Assembly: GCA_031274465.1 (NCBI GenBank)
Contig: JAISQC010000109.1
Coordinates: 1-39,784, forward strand
Source of the DNA: Synergistaceae bacterium
GTDB taxonomy: Bacteria > Synergistota > Synergistia > Synergistales > Synergistaceae
Length of the DNA: 39,784 nt
Direction of reading: 5' to 3'
Positions 1 to 7,625 of the stretch are shown here, piece after piece. The notes beneath the pieces are model-generated. The model saw only the letters and a list, made by a program, of their open reading frames with translations. It did not search any database and was not told the origin of the DNA. Positions within the stretch are counted from its first letter, which is position 1. Every line of letters starts with the position of its first letter. The position numbers and the translations under genes were made by a program.

Positions 1-111
1 GAATCAAGTTCAAGACCGTGGGTTCCACCCACACCCGCGAGGGAGCCAGCTCCCTCGACCCTCATAAAATAATTATAATATTTTTTTCTTACACCCCCAG
101 GGTGAAAGAAA

Positions 112-180
112 AAATTTGATGGGGGTCAAGGGGGCGAGCCCCATTGCGGAGTTTGAGGCAGAGCCTCAAGGTCTTGCCCG
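112..180 (+). repeat. Intergenic two-hairpin repeat element, copy A (inverted copy at 5262..5333)
   Basis: The 32-nt block cggagtttgaggcagagcctcaaggtcttgcc (147..178) is identical to the reverse complement of 5264..5295. Flanking gggggtc[a/c]aggggg...cccc is also shared. Hairpins: caagggg/cccc(a)ttg at 127..146 and ttgaggc-aga-gcctcaa at 153..169. Confidence 0.8.
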
Positions 181-261
181 TGGCTTTTGCAGTGAAATAA
201 CCGCGAGCATTACATAATAACTATTATAAGACATTTTTCGGGATTCGAAGGGAAGGCCTTA

Positions 262-654
262 TTATTCCTCCCCTTCGAACTTCATCGAAGGCGCGTCGCC
301 CCACAGGCGCTCCAGTTTGTAGAACTCGCGCCCGGCGGCGCTGAATATGTGAATTATCGCGTTTCCGGCGTCTATTAGCTTCCATCGCGCGCTTTCCTCG
401 CCCTCGGTCTTGTAAGCGAGGCCCATCGAGTCCAGAGCCTCGGTGACGGCGTCCAGCAGCGCCCGCGCGTTTATCTCCGATCTTGCCGTAGCTATGATGA
501 AAGCGTCTGCGAAGCCCGATATCCGCCTCAGATCTATGAAATCTAGCTCAAGGGCGTGTTTGCCCCTGAGGGCTTCTATGACCGGCATGTATTCGTCGGC
601 GAAATCCGCGACCCCTTTATCGTTTGTCATGTGTATAAAACCAGCCCCTGTCAT
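262..654 (-). CDS. rsfS: Ribosome silencing factor RsfS (iojap family)
   Basis: ORF 262..774 trimmed to the ATG at 654, which forms an ATGA overlap with the upstream stop (651..654 = tcat). The core LDFIDLRRISGFADAFIIATARSEINARALLDAV...WKLIDAGNAIIHIF fits RsfS. It lies downstream of nadD, as in many bacteria. Confidence 0.85.
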   Translation of the reverse strand: MTGAGFIHMTNDKGVADFADEYMPVIEALRGKHALELDFIDLRRISGFADAFIIATARSEINARALLDAVTEALDSMGLAYKTEGEESARWKLIDAGNAIIHIFSAAGREFYKLERLWGDAPSMKFEGEE

Positions 655-2042
655 TGAATTTGAGAATAGCTGTTCTCCAGTCGCTTTAAAAGCGTCTCGT
701 AATCGTGCCCGACTATCAGGGAAGGGAATGCGGCCTGCTTGTCCGTGCGGGTCAGGTTCGACCTTATGCCGCACAATTGCGACAGGAGGTTGGCCGTCGT
801 GCGGTTTTTTTCGGATGACCCCTCGGGATAGATCACATTGCTGCTCCTGTAGTCGAAATGCTTGGCGTTTCCCACGTGAGCTACCTCTACACCCATCTTT
901 TGGAGGTGTGAGGCGACCGATTGGCCTACCCCGCTCTTGCCTGTCCCATTGAGCACAGCTATCGCCTCGGGGATGCTCGCGACGATCTGTATGACGTCCT
1001 GCGGGGATGGCGCGGCTTCGGCGGCGCCGGGAATTTTCGGTTTAGTCCCGTCAGGGGAATCCGCCGAGTAGTCGTCCGCTTGCGTCACTGCGGTCAATTG
1101 GTTGCGGGCGTTCGCGGTCATCTCTTTCAACTGTTCGACGCTTGCGGTCAGGAACGGCTCGACGTCGGTCCGATCCGACACCCAGTAGCTCAGGTTGTCT
1201 ATTATCGCCGGGGCGCCTGGAAGCATCATGAAGAATATCTTGTCCGTCTCTTTCTCCAGTTTCCTGACGAAAAACCCGAGCTGCAGTATCGTGCTTGGAT
1301 TGAGGTCCGTGACTATCGTGTTTTTTACCTCTTCCGTTATGGCGGCAAACCTCATCAGGTTGTCCGCCTCGTACATCCTGTGGATGAGGGCTTTCATGAA
1401 CTGCTGCTGCCTTTGGACGCGGCCGATGTCCCCGAGCGCGTCCTTTCGGAAGCGGACGTACTTCAGCGCGGTTTCCCCGTTCATGCGCTGTTTCCCCGCC
1501 GGGATGTTTATCTCCAGCTTTCCGCGGACGTCCTTGTAGTTCATGGCCTTCCCTACGAACATGTCCACTCCGCCAACCAGATCCACGAGCTTTGGAAAGT
1601 TGTCATAGTCGATCTTGACGTAATACTGTATCGGTATCCCCAGGAAACGCTCCAAGGTCGCGCGGACGAGGTCGCTTCTTCCGTAGGCATAGGCGTGATT
1701 CAGCTTCTGGTTCCCGTGCCCCGGGATGAACACCCTGGTATCGCGCGGTACCGACAGCACTCGGATATTGTTGTTGTCTATGTCGAGCGTCGCGATCAAT
1801 ATGGTGTCGGAACGCCTGGAACCCTCTATGTTGTCCTCCCCCAGGATCAGGATGTTCAGCCGCCCCGCGATGTCGAGCTTCTCCGGAACCTCCGGCCCGC
1901 TGTCGGGGTTGGCGCCGCCGGTGCCTTCGTCGAAGGGCACGCGGGGGCCCGTGTCGATTTTGTTGAATCTGTACCTGACGCCCACTCCAAACGAGAAGGA
2001 CGCTAATAATAAGAAGAGCAGGATATTTTTCCATTTAAACAT
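651..2042 (-). CDS. LytR-CpsA-Psr (LCP) family protein with N-terminal TM anchor and C-terminal LytR_C-like domain
   Basis: LCP core motifs: LNILILGEDN..RSDTILIATLD..LSVPRDTRV..LNHAYAYG. TM segment KNILLFLLLASFSFG. C-terminal IAVLNGTGKSGVGQSVASHLQKMG. Start set at ATG 2042 (MFKWK), 9 nt after the nadD stop, rather than the ORF-track 2129. Confidence 0.85.
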   Translation of the reverse strand: MFKWKNILLFLLLASFSFGVGVRYRFNKIDTGPRVPFDEGTGGANPDSGPEVPEKLDIAGRLNILILGEDNIEGSRRSDTILIATLDIDNNNIRVLSVPRDTRVFIPGHGNQKLNHAYAYGRSDLVRATLERFLGIPIQYYVKIDYDNFPKLVDLVGGVDMFVGKAMNYKDVRGKLEINIPAGKQRMNGETALKYVRFRKDALGDIGRVQRQQQFMKALIHRMYEADNLMRFAAITEEVKNTIVTDLNPSTILQLGFFVRKLEKETDKIFFMMLPGAPAIIDNLSYWVSDRTDVEPFLTASVEQLKEMTANARNQLTAVTQADDYSADSPDGTKPKIPGAAEAAPSPQDVIQIVASIPEAIAVLNGTGKSGVGQSVASHLQKMGVEVAHVGNAKHFDYRSSNVIYPEGSSEKNRTTANLLSQLCGIRSNLTRTDKQAAFPSLIVGHDYETLLKRLENSYSQIQ

Positions 2043-2050
2043 ATTTTGAC

Positions 2051-2704
2051 TTATGCCTCCATGCCGGAGTAGAGTTTTTTTTGAGTTATATAGTCGCAAA
2101 CGACATCCGGAGTCATATATCGGATGCACTTCCCCGACAGCGCCCTGTTTCTGATCTCAGTAGCGGATATGTCGATCAGCTCAGTGTCCAGCGCCACGAA
2201 AGAATCCCCGAGCGCTTCATTTAATTTGTTTATTTTATCACGAACATAGCCCGGTCTCGCAACAACGACGACGGTACATAGCGATAAAATTTCAAGCGGC
2301 TCATACCAATTCGGAATGTCGAGGGCGGCGTCCAAGCCCGTTATCAGAAACAGAGCCGCGCCGGGCATAGCTCCCCTGAACATGGAGAGGGTGTCAACCG
2401 TGTAGCTGGGGCCGCGCCTGTCGGTCTCGATCCGGGATACCTCGAAAAAAGGGTTGCCGCGTATGGCAAGCGATGTCATGGCGTAGCGGTCTTCCGCGCC
2501 GGCCATTGAAGGATATTTTTTATGGGGCGGGCTGCCGGAAGGGACGAAGACGACGCGGTCGAGAGGGATGGCGGCGCGGGCAAATTCGGCGGCAAAGAGA
2601 TGCCCGTAATGGATTGGGTCGAACGTCCCGCCCATCACGCCTATCCGCCCTTTGCCGCGCTCCCCGTCATCCATCGCGTTCATCGGGACGAAAGTCGAAG
2701 TCAA
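2051..2704 (-). CDS. nadD: Nicotinate-nucleotide adenylyltransferase
   Basis: GVMGGTFDPIHYGHL nucleotidyltransferase motif and NadD-like length. The start is uncertain: TTG at 2704, ATG at 2683 or ATG at 2674. All three overlap the obg 3' end. Confidence 0.88.
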   Translation of the reverse strand: MTSTFVPMNAMDDGERGKGRIGVMGGTFDPIHYGHLFAAEFARAAIPLDRVVFVPSGSPPHKKYPSMAGAEDRYAMTSLAIRGNPFFEVSRIETDRRGPSYTVDTLSMFRGAMPGAALFLITGLDAALDIPNWYEPLEILSLCTVVVVARPGYVRDKINKLNEALGDSFVALDTELIDISATEIRNRALSGKCIRYMTPDVVCDYITQKKLYSGMEA

Positions 2705-3983
2705 CCCTTCCTATCGAAACCTGAGAGCCGTATGACGCGCCGGCGGCCAGAAGCAGCTCTTCAACCCTGTGTTTGCGAAGCAGCCTGGCAAACCTGGCCA
2801 CGTTTTCCTCCTGCGACAGGTCGTATCTCTCAGCCGCGTTCTCGATCTGTCTGTGGAGCACGCGGAACCCGCCGCCCGGGAGGGAGACGATTTGCATGCG
2901 GTGCCTTTGCCGTCTTTTCGGGAAATCGCCGACCTCCTCGTCCTGCGGGTCGGCGAACATGCGCACCTCCCCCTTCGGCCTTGGATGGTCGCGTGAAAAA
3001 TCTATTATCCTGCTCACGAGGCCCTGTATGTTTTCCCCGGTCAGCGCGCTTGTCACGGCAAATTCCATGCCTTTCGAAGCAAAATACGGCGCGAGCTCCC
3101 CGGCTATTTCGGATGAATTTCCGCAAAGGTCGGATTTGTTGCCGATGACCACGCACGGGCGGCGCCCAAGATCTGGATCGTATTGCGCCATCTCCGACCT
3201 GACGGTGTTCCAATCGTCCATGATCGCTTCGGCGCGTCCGGCGGACAGGTCCAGCACGTGCAGCAGCATGCGGGTTCGTTCGATATGCCTGAGGAAAGAT
3301 ATCCCAAGCCCCCTGTCCTGGCTTGCCCCTTCGATCAATCCGGGGATGTCCGCCAACACCACTGAATCCACGTCCGTAAAGAGGACTCCGAGGTTTGGGG
3401 AGAGCGTGGTAAAAGGATAGTCGGCTATCTTCGGCGCGGCATTCGAGACGGCGGCAAGCAGGCTCGATTTTCCGGCATTAGGAAGGCCGATCAGCCCGAT
3501 GTCTGCGATCAGTTTCAGTTCGAGCCTCAGCTCGCGCCTCTCGCCCATCTCGCCCTTCTCGGAAAATCGCGGCACCCTGCGGAGCGACGAGGCGAAGACG
3601 CGGTTGCCGCGCCCTCCCCTGCCGCCCATCGCCGCCACGAACGAATCGCCTTCCTCCACGAGGTCGGCGACCCCGGCGCCGTCTTCCGCGTCGTAAACGA
3701 GAGTGCCGCACGGCACCCGCAAAACGAGAGTCTGCCCCGCCCGTCCGTTGCGCGCGCCGCCAGAGCCATGCTCCCCATTATCCGCCACGAACCGCCTCCT
3801 GCGTTCAAAGTCGGCCAGCGTCTGCAAGTTGGTCACGGCAACGAGCGTGACGTCGCCGCCGCGCCCTCCGTTCCCTCCGTCAGGGCCTCCGTTTGGGCGG
3901 TATTTCTCCCTCAGGAAACTCATGCATCCGTTTCCTCCGTTGCCGCCGCAAACGGAAATCGCAATCTCATCGACAAATTTCAT
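2667..3983 (-). CDS. obg: GTPase Obg/CgtA
   Basis: N-terminal Gly-rich Obg fold (MKFVDEIAISVCGGNGGNGCMSFLREKYRPNGGPDGGNGGRGGDV). G domain (GLPNAGKSSLL, DIPGLIEGA, NKSD). C-terminal Obg_CgtA_C-like extension. Confidence 0.95.
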   Translation of the reverse strand: MKFVDEIAISVCGGNGGNGCMSFLREKYRPNGGPDGGNGGRGGDVTLVAVTNLQTLADFERRRRFVADNGEHGSGGARNGRAGQTLVLRVPCGTLVYDAEDGAGVADLVEEGDSFVAAMGGRGGRGNRVFASSLRRVPRFSEKGEMGERRELRLELKLIADIGLIGLPNAGKSSLLAAVSNAAPKIADYPFTTLSPNLGVLFTDVDSVVLADIPGLIEGASQDRGLGISFLRHIERTRMLLHVLDLSAGRAEAIMDDWNTVRSEMAQYDPDLGRRPCVVIGNKSDLCGNSSEIAGELAPYFASKGMEFAVTSALTGENIQGLVSRIIDFSRDHPRPKGEVRMFADPQDEEVGDFPKRRQRHRMQIVSLPGGGFRVLHRQIENAAERYDLSQEENVARFARLLRKHRVEELLLAAGASYGSQVSIGRVDFDFRPDERDG

Positions 3984-4036
3984 ATAACCTCTCCGCGCTC
4001 AGGTGGATGCAAACGCACCCCGCTAGCCATGCTTCG

Positions 4037-4071
4037 AAAATAACGCAAAGGGGCCAAAGGTATCCGGCCCC
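4037..4071 (-). terminator. Putative intrinsic terminator after rpmA
   Basis: On the minus strand, a ggggcc-N10-ggcccc hairpin (4050..4071) is followed by uuugcguuauuuu. It lies between the rpmA stop (4109) and the obg start (3983). Confidence 0.5.
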
Positions 4072-4108
4072 GGGATTGAACCGATTGCTGTCACCTATCC
4101 CCGGATCG

Positions 4109-4399
4109 CTATGCCAGCGCCTCTTCCGCGCTCACCGTCACGAACTTGCGATTTGCCTTGGTGATGAACGAGACCTTGCCGCCCGCCAGGGCAAACAGCG
4201 TATCGTCCTTCCCCCGGCCGACGTTGCGGCCTGGGTGGTATTTGGTCCCCCTCTGGCGGACTATGATCGTTCCCGCCGTGACGAGCGACCCATCCCCGCG
4301 CTTGACGCCCAGATACTGTGGGTTGCTGTCGCGCCCGTTCGAGCTGCTGCCCTGCCCTTTTTTATGCGCAAAAAATTGAATGTCGAATGTGAACCTCAT
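4109..4399 (-). CDS. rpmA: 50S ribosomal protein L27 with N-terminal propeptide
   Basis: [34 protein letters not shown]... The canonical L27 N-terminus AHKKG is preceded by a 10-residue extension ending in FF. Confidence 0.95.
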   Translation of the reverse strand: MRFTFDIQFFAHKKGQGSSSNGRDSNPQYLGVKRGDGSLVTAGTIIVRQRGTKYHPGRNVGRGKDDTLFALAGGKVSFITKANRKFVTVSAEEALA

Positions 4400-4403
4400 A
4401 ATG

Positions 4404-4742
4404 TCATTCCTCCTGACGATTTTCCCGCGTCTCTCTTATCTCGAGGTATTTGACGTTATCGGGGTAAGAATCCGCTATCGCTTCGAGCGACCTGGCTATC
4501 GTGCGGGCTATCGCCTGCGCTTCCGGCGAAGCGGCATCCCATTCGAACCCCATTTCCGGCGCCTCGGCGTCGCGAATCTCCCTCACGCCCGGAAGTTCGA
4601 GAACCCCAGTCAACCCGACCCACAGCGCCTGCATCAAAGCAGATACCGCCGCGCAGACCACGTCATCGCCTCTTTGCGCGAAACCCGAATGCCCGGTCGA
4701 AACTATGGAGCAGATACCCTCATCGCCGTATCTTACGACGAT
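4404..4742 (-). CDS. prp: Ribosomal-processing cysteine protease Prp (YsxB family); start codon unresolved
   Basis: Located between rplU and rpmA. My manual translation upstream of the ORF-track GTG (4661) stays open and reads [37 protein letters not shown], which is the Prp GH...C motif. There is no in-frame ATG, GTG or TTG between the upstream stop (4818..4820) and 4661. The 5' boundary is set provisionally at the ATC at 4742. Confidence 0.7.
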   Translation of the reverse strand: MVVRYGDEGICSIVSTGHSGFAQRGDDVVCAAVSALMQALWVGLTGVLELPGVREIRDAEAPEMGFEWDAASPEAQAIARTIARSLEAIADSYPDNVKYLEIRETRENRQEE

Positions 4743-4809
4743 TTGGGAAAAATTGCGCCCATCGCCGCCTGTGCGCGGGTTTCGCCCGCGTTTCGCGGGC
4801 TTACTGTTT

Positions 4810-5121
4810 CTACCCGTTTACCGACTCCACCTTTATTTCGGTGTACTGCTGCCTGTGGCCGCGAAAACGTCGGTAGTTCTTCTTTCGGCGGTATTTGAAG
4901 ATTATCAGCTTGTCCTCTTTGCCGTGCGCCAAGACGCTTACCTTCACCGAAGCCCCTTCGACAAAGGGCGTTCCCACCACCGGCCCGTCGTCGCGCCCTA
5001 TCAGAAGGACGTCGGTTATTTCGACCGTGCCTCCTGCCTCGGCATCGAGCTTTTCAACCCGAATCTTGTCGCCCTCCGAAACGCGATACTGCTTCCCGCC
5101 TGTCTGTATCACCGCATACAT
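4810..5121 (-). CDS. rplU: 50S ribosomal protein L21
   Basis: [25 protein letters not shown]... is a canonical L21 N-terminus. The ATG at 5121 is preceded by GGAGGAGGG. The ORF-track start at 5154 is probably too long. Confidence 0.95.
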   Translation of the reverse strand: MYAVIQTGGKQYRVSEGDKIRVEKLDAEAGGTVEITDVLLIGRDDGPVVGTPFVEGASVKVSVLAHGKEDKLIIFKYRRKKNYRRFRGHRQQYTEIKVESVNG

Positions 5122-5205
5122 ATAGCATTCCCTCCTCCGCTGACCGCAAGGCAACGCTGGCGCGTTTTAGAAAAGCCTCCGGCAAGCGATCTGCAAAGCC
5201 AAATT

Positions 5206-5234
5206 ATATTACGCTCACAATGCGCCCGAGTCAA
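5206..5234 (-). promoter_or_regulatory. Putative sigma70-type promoter of the rplU-prp-rpmA operon
   Basis: Minus strand TTGACT (5229..5234), 17 nt spacer, TAATAT (5206..5211). This leaves a leader of roughly 80 nt before the rplU ATG. Confidence 0.5.
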
Positions 5235-5261
5235 TAAGCGGAGGCGAAAAACCTCAAAATA

Positions 5262-5333
5262 CAGGCAAGACCTTGAGGCTCTGCCTCAAACTCCGCCAAG
5301 GGGTAGAACCCCCTGGACCCCCGTCAATTTCAA
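5262..5333 (-). repeat. Intergenic two-hairpin repeat element, copy B (inverted relative to copy A at 112..180)
   Basis: The reverse complement reads gaaattgacgggggtccagggggttctaccccttggcggagtttgaggcagagcctcaaggtcttgcctg. The 32-nt core is identical to 147..178, and the stem is ccagggg/cccc(t)tgg. Confidence 0.8.
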
Positions 5334-5391
5334 ACAAGTCCGCTTTGCCAATATGCAACCCCAAAGGGGTTTTACAGCCCGTTTGAATTTT

Positions 5392-6024
5392 CTATTTTTC
5401 GCCCTTCTCCTTCACGGCGTTTTTCACCAGGGCGATCAAGTCCCGCTGGACGTCCTCGTCGTAAGCGCCGCTGTGGAAATCGTCCCAAATCGCGTCGCGC
5501 TCGCCCTCGTCAGCGGATTCGAGCATCGCGGAAACCCTGGAAGGCGTTTCGACGTAGGCCCCGTCGAGCACCTTCCCGTCGTCGCGCAGCACGAATATGG
5601 AGGGCATGTTTTGGCGTCCGGTTCGGGCTATCATGAATTCACGCGCGCCCGGCGCGTCGTTTCGGACGATGTACCTCGTCGTGACAAGCGGGTTCAGCCG
5701 CGCCATAGCCTCCATGAACGGGGCGGCGGTCTTGCAGTCGGGGCAGTACATCATGCCGATCATCAAGAGCGTCACCGGAGTGCCGATTTTTTTCGCCTCG
5801 TCCTCGAAAAATTTAGACGCGGCGTACGAGCCGAACCTCTCCCGCATGGCCTTCACATGATCGTCGGCGCCGGTCTTGACGTAGCCCTCGAAATCCAGCG
5901 CGGCCGACAGATCCACCGTTCCGGCGTCCGGTGAAAAGACGCTGGCCCATGCGGGCAGCGCGAAACAAAACGCGAAAACAGCAAGCGACGCGGAAAACAA
6001 TGCAGATGCGAAAATGCGCGACAT
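5392..6024 (-). CDS. Secreted thioredoxin-fold protein (CxxC)
   Basis: Signal-peptide-like N-terminus MSRIFASALFSASLAVFAFCFALPAWA. A CPDC motif sits in the context LLMIGMMYCPDCK, typical of thioredoxin-like proteins. Confidence 0.6.
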   Translation of the reverse strand: MSRIFASALFSASLAVFAFCFALPAWASVFSPDAGTVDLSAALDFEGYVKTGADDHVKAMRERFGSYAASKFFEDEAKKIGTPVTLLMIGMMYCPDCKTAAPFMEAMARLNPLVTTRYIVRNDAPGAREFMIARTGRQNMPSIFVLRDDGKVLDGAYVETPSRVSAMLESADEGERDAIWDDFHSGAYDEDVQRDLIALVKNAVKEKGEK

Positions 6025-6232
6025 AACAATCTACCCCTTTGCATACTTGTTTAATATATCCGTCCTACTCCTACAGGGCATTTTATCACGGGAGCGGCTT
6101 TTTTCGCGTGAGCAATGTCCGTATGCAAGAGCCGGAAGCGAAAAAATTTTTCCGCGCGCCTTTGCGTTTGATTTTAGCGCGCTTCGGGAGTATCCTATTG
6201 CAACGCGCCAAAATTGCGGGAGGTATCTGTCT

Positions 6233-7180
6233 ATGCCTGTGTGGGGTTTTTTGCTGTCGATGCTGGTGGCCCTTATGTGGGCCGTCTCTCCCGTCCTGAT
6301 GAAGGAAGGCCTGAAGTTCTGCATGCCGAACGACATTCAGCCGATCAGGTCCGTCTCTTTCCTCGTTTCGACGGCAATACTGATGCTCGCCTTTCAGCCC
6401 GGCCGGATGCCGCACGTCACCATGCCACTTTTTGCCGGGCTCGTTGGAAGCACGGCCCTTTCGACCCTGCTCGGGGACCTCCTTTACACATATTCGATAC
6501 AGAGGATAGGCGCGTCGCTCGCGGTTTCCGTCAGCTCCGGATATCCTCTGATCACCGCCGTCGTCTCCATCTCGCTGCTGGGAGAGCATGTGACGGCGCT
6601 CGTGTGGTTCGGGACGTTTTTGATAATATCCGGGCTGCTGGTCATCAAATTCGACTCATCGCTGCAGGAAAAGATGAAAACCCCCGCCGGCTACGTCCTC
6701 CCCGACAGAGAGGAGGCGGCGAAGAACAGGGCGAACATGACGAAGGGGATCGCGCTGGCCCTCGGCTCGGCCGTGTGTTCAGGCATAAACATACCGATCG
6801 TCAAGCTCCTCATGGTCGAAGGCGGATGGAGCCCAACCGAGAGTTATTTTTTAAGGGCGGCGGTGTTTTTCGCGATGGCCTGGGGCCTTCGCGAGGCGCA
6901 GCACCGCGTCGCCCCGAAGTCGATATCGCAGATTGAAAAAATGCCCGCCATAGCGTGGGCCGCGCTGCTTGCAAGCGGCGTGATCGGGATTGGCTTGAGC
7001 GGGGTCCTGTTCGGCAAGTGCATTCAGGAGTTCCCCGTGTCGGTGGTCACTCCTATAACCGCATCCAGCCCGTTCATGACGGCGCTGCTCTCCAAAATAT
7101 TCTTCAAGGAGACTCTGTCGCGGGTTCAGTACGCCGGAGTGGCGCTGGTCATCGCCGGGTCGGTGTCGGTCAGCCTGTGA
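6233..7180 (+). CDS. EamA/DMT family transporter
   Basis: Highly hydrophobic with about 10 predicted TM segments in two similar halves. N-terminus MPVWGFLLSMLVALMWAVSPVLMKEGL. The ATG at 6233 is preceded by GGGAGG. The ORF-track start at 6014 is probably too long. Confidence 0.8.
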   Translation: MPVWGFLLSMLVALMWAVSPVLMKEGLKFCMPNDIQPIRSVSFLVSTAILMLAFQPGRMPHVTMPLFAGLVGSTALSTLLGDLLYTYSIQRIGASLAVSVSSGYPLITAVVSISLLGEHVTALVWFGTFLIISGLLVIKFDSSLQEKMKTPAGYVLPDREEAAKNRANMTKGIALALGSAVCSGINIPIVKLLMVEGGWSPTESYFLRAAVFFAMAWGLREAQHRVAPKSISQIEKMPAIAWAALLASGVIGIGLSGVLFGKCIQEFPVSVVTPITASSPFMTALLSKIFFKETLSRVQYAGVALVIAGSVSVSL

Positions 7181-7625
7181 CGTCTACCTGGTGCTCTGGC
7201 CCGCCCCGGCTTGCCGGGGATGAGGCGGGGTCCGGGCTCACTAGGATATTCACCCCCTGCGCCGCGTCTATTGCCGGGTTCGGGGCGAGGCGCGCGGACA
7301 AGTCCACCGGCAGGCCCTGCACCAAAGACACCACCGTTTCGTGGATGCTCTCCAGCGCCTCGGGGGGGATGTATTCGACATCCGCCGGGGGGCGGGCCTC
7401 CCCCCTGAGGGCGTACCACCCGTCCAGTATGGCTTCCACGCCTCCCATGAACTCCGCCGAAGCCTCCGCGAACTGCCGCTCGTAATATTCGACGAGCTCG
7501 CGGTTCTCATTGGCGTGAGCCGTGTCTATCCTGTTCGTCAGCGTGTCTAGCCTTATGATGAGTTTGTCGGTGTTTGCGGCGGCTATCCGAATTCGTTCCG
7601 CAGCTTCTTCCGCCTGGGGGTTCAT
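7170..7625 (-). CDS. Hypothetical protein (helical N-terminal half, Pro/Ala-rich tail)
   Basis: ATG at 7625 forms an ATGA overlap with the stop of the upstream LpxB-like gene. Third codon positions are GC-rich, consistent with coding. I recognise no motif. The 3' end overlaps the convergent EamA gene by 11 nt. Confidence 0.45.
   Translation of the reverse strand: MNPQAEEAAERIRIAAANTDKLIIRLDTLTNRIDTAHANENRELVEYYERQFAEASAEFMGGVEAILDGWYALRGEARPPADVEYIPPEALESIHETVVSLVQGLPVDLSARLAPNPAIDAAQGVNILVSPDPASSPASRGGPEHQVDVTG

Noticed and set aside
1-65. Possible partial gene or RNA at the left edge. On the minus strand, an ATG at 65 opens a frame (MRVEGAGSLAGVGGTHGLELD...) that runs off the window. On the plus strand, 18..35 looks vaguely like a tRNA T-arm or a 5S fragment (gtgggttccaccc).
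   Set aside because: Only about 21 codons with no SD and no recognisable motif. The putative T-loop has 5 nt instead of 7 and lacks the GTTCRANYC consensus, and I could not align 5S helix III conserved bases. There is too little sequence to support any call.
4740-4765. Programmed -1 ribosomal frameshift joining the ATG at 4762 to the prp frame.
   Set aside because: There is no canonical X XXY YYZ slippery heptamer in the ATG frame and no obvious downstream stimulatory structure. A homopolymer indel or non-canonical start is more parsimonious, so it is kept only as an alternative within the prp finding.
5122-5205. Possible ribosomal-protein L21 leader RNA (autoregulatory) in the ~80-nt rplU 5' UTR.
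   Set aside because: I could not identify a convincing conserved stem-loop by eye, and I cannot run a covariance-model search. Running cmscan with the Rfam L21_leader model would decide.
4501-5934. A 477-aa plus-strand ORF spanning prp, rplU, the intergenic repeat and the thioredoxin-like gene.
   Set aside because: It runs antisense across three well-supported genes and an intergenic region and has an Arg/Pro/Ala-rich low-complexity composition. This is the classic shadow ORF of a GC-rich genome. The same reasoning applies to 921..2006, 10052..10834, 11429..12310, 13014..13646, 16095..17081, 18152..18886, 19259..20038, 21090..21890, 26321..27007, 30503..31399, 31851..32609, 36723..37592 and 37770..38507.
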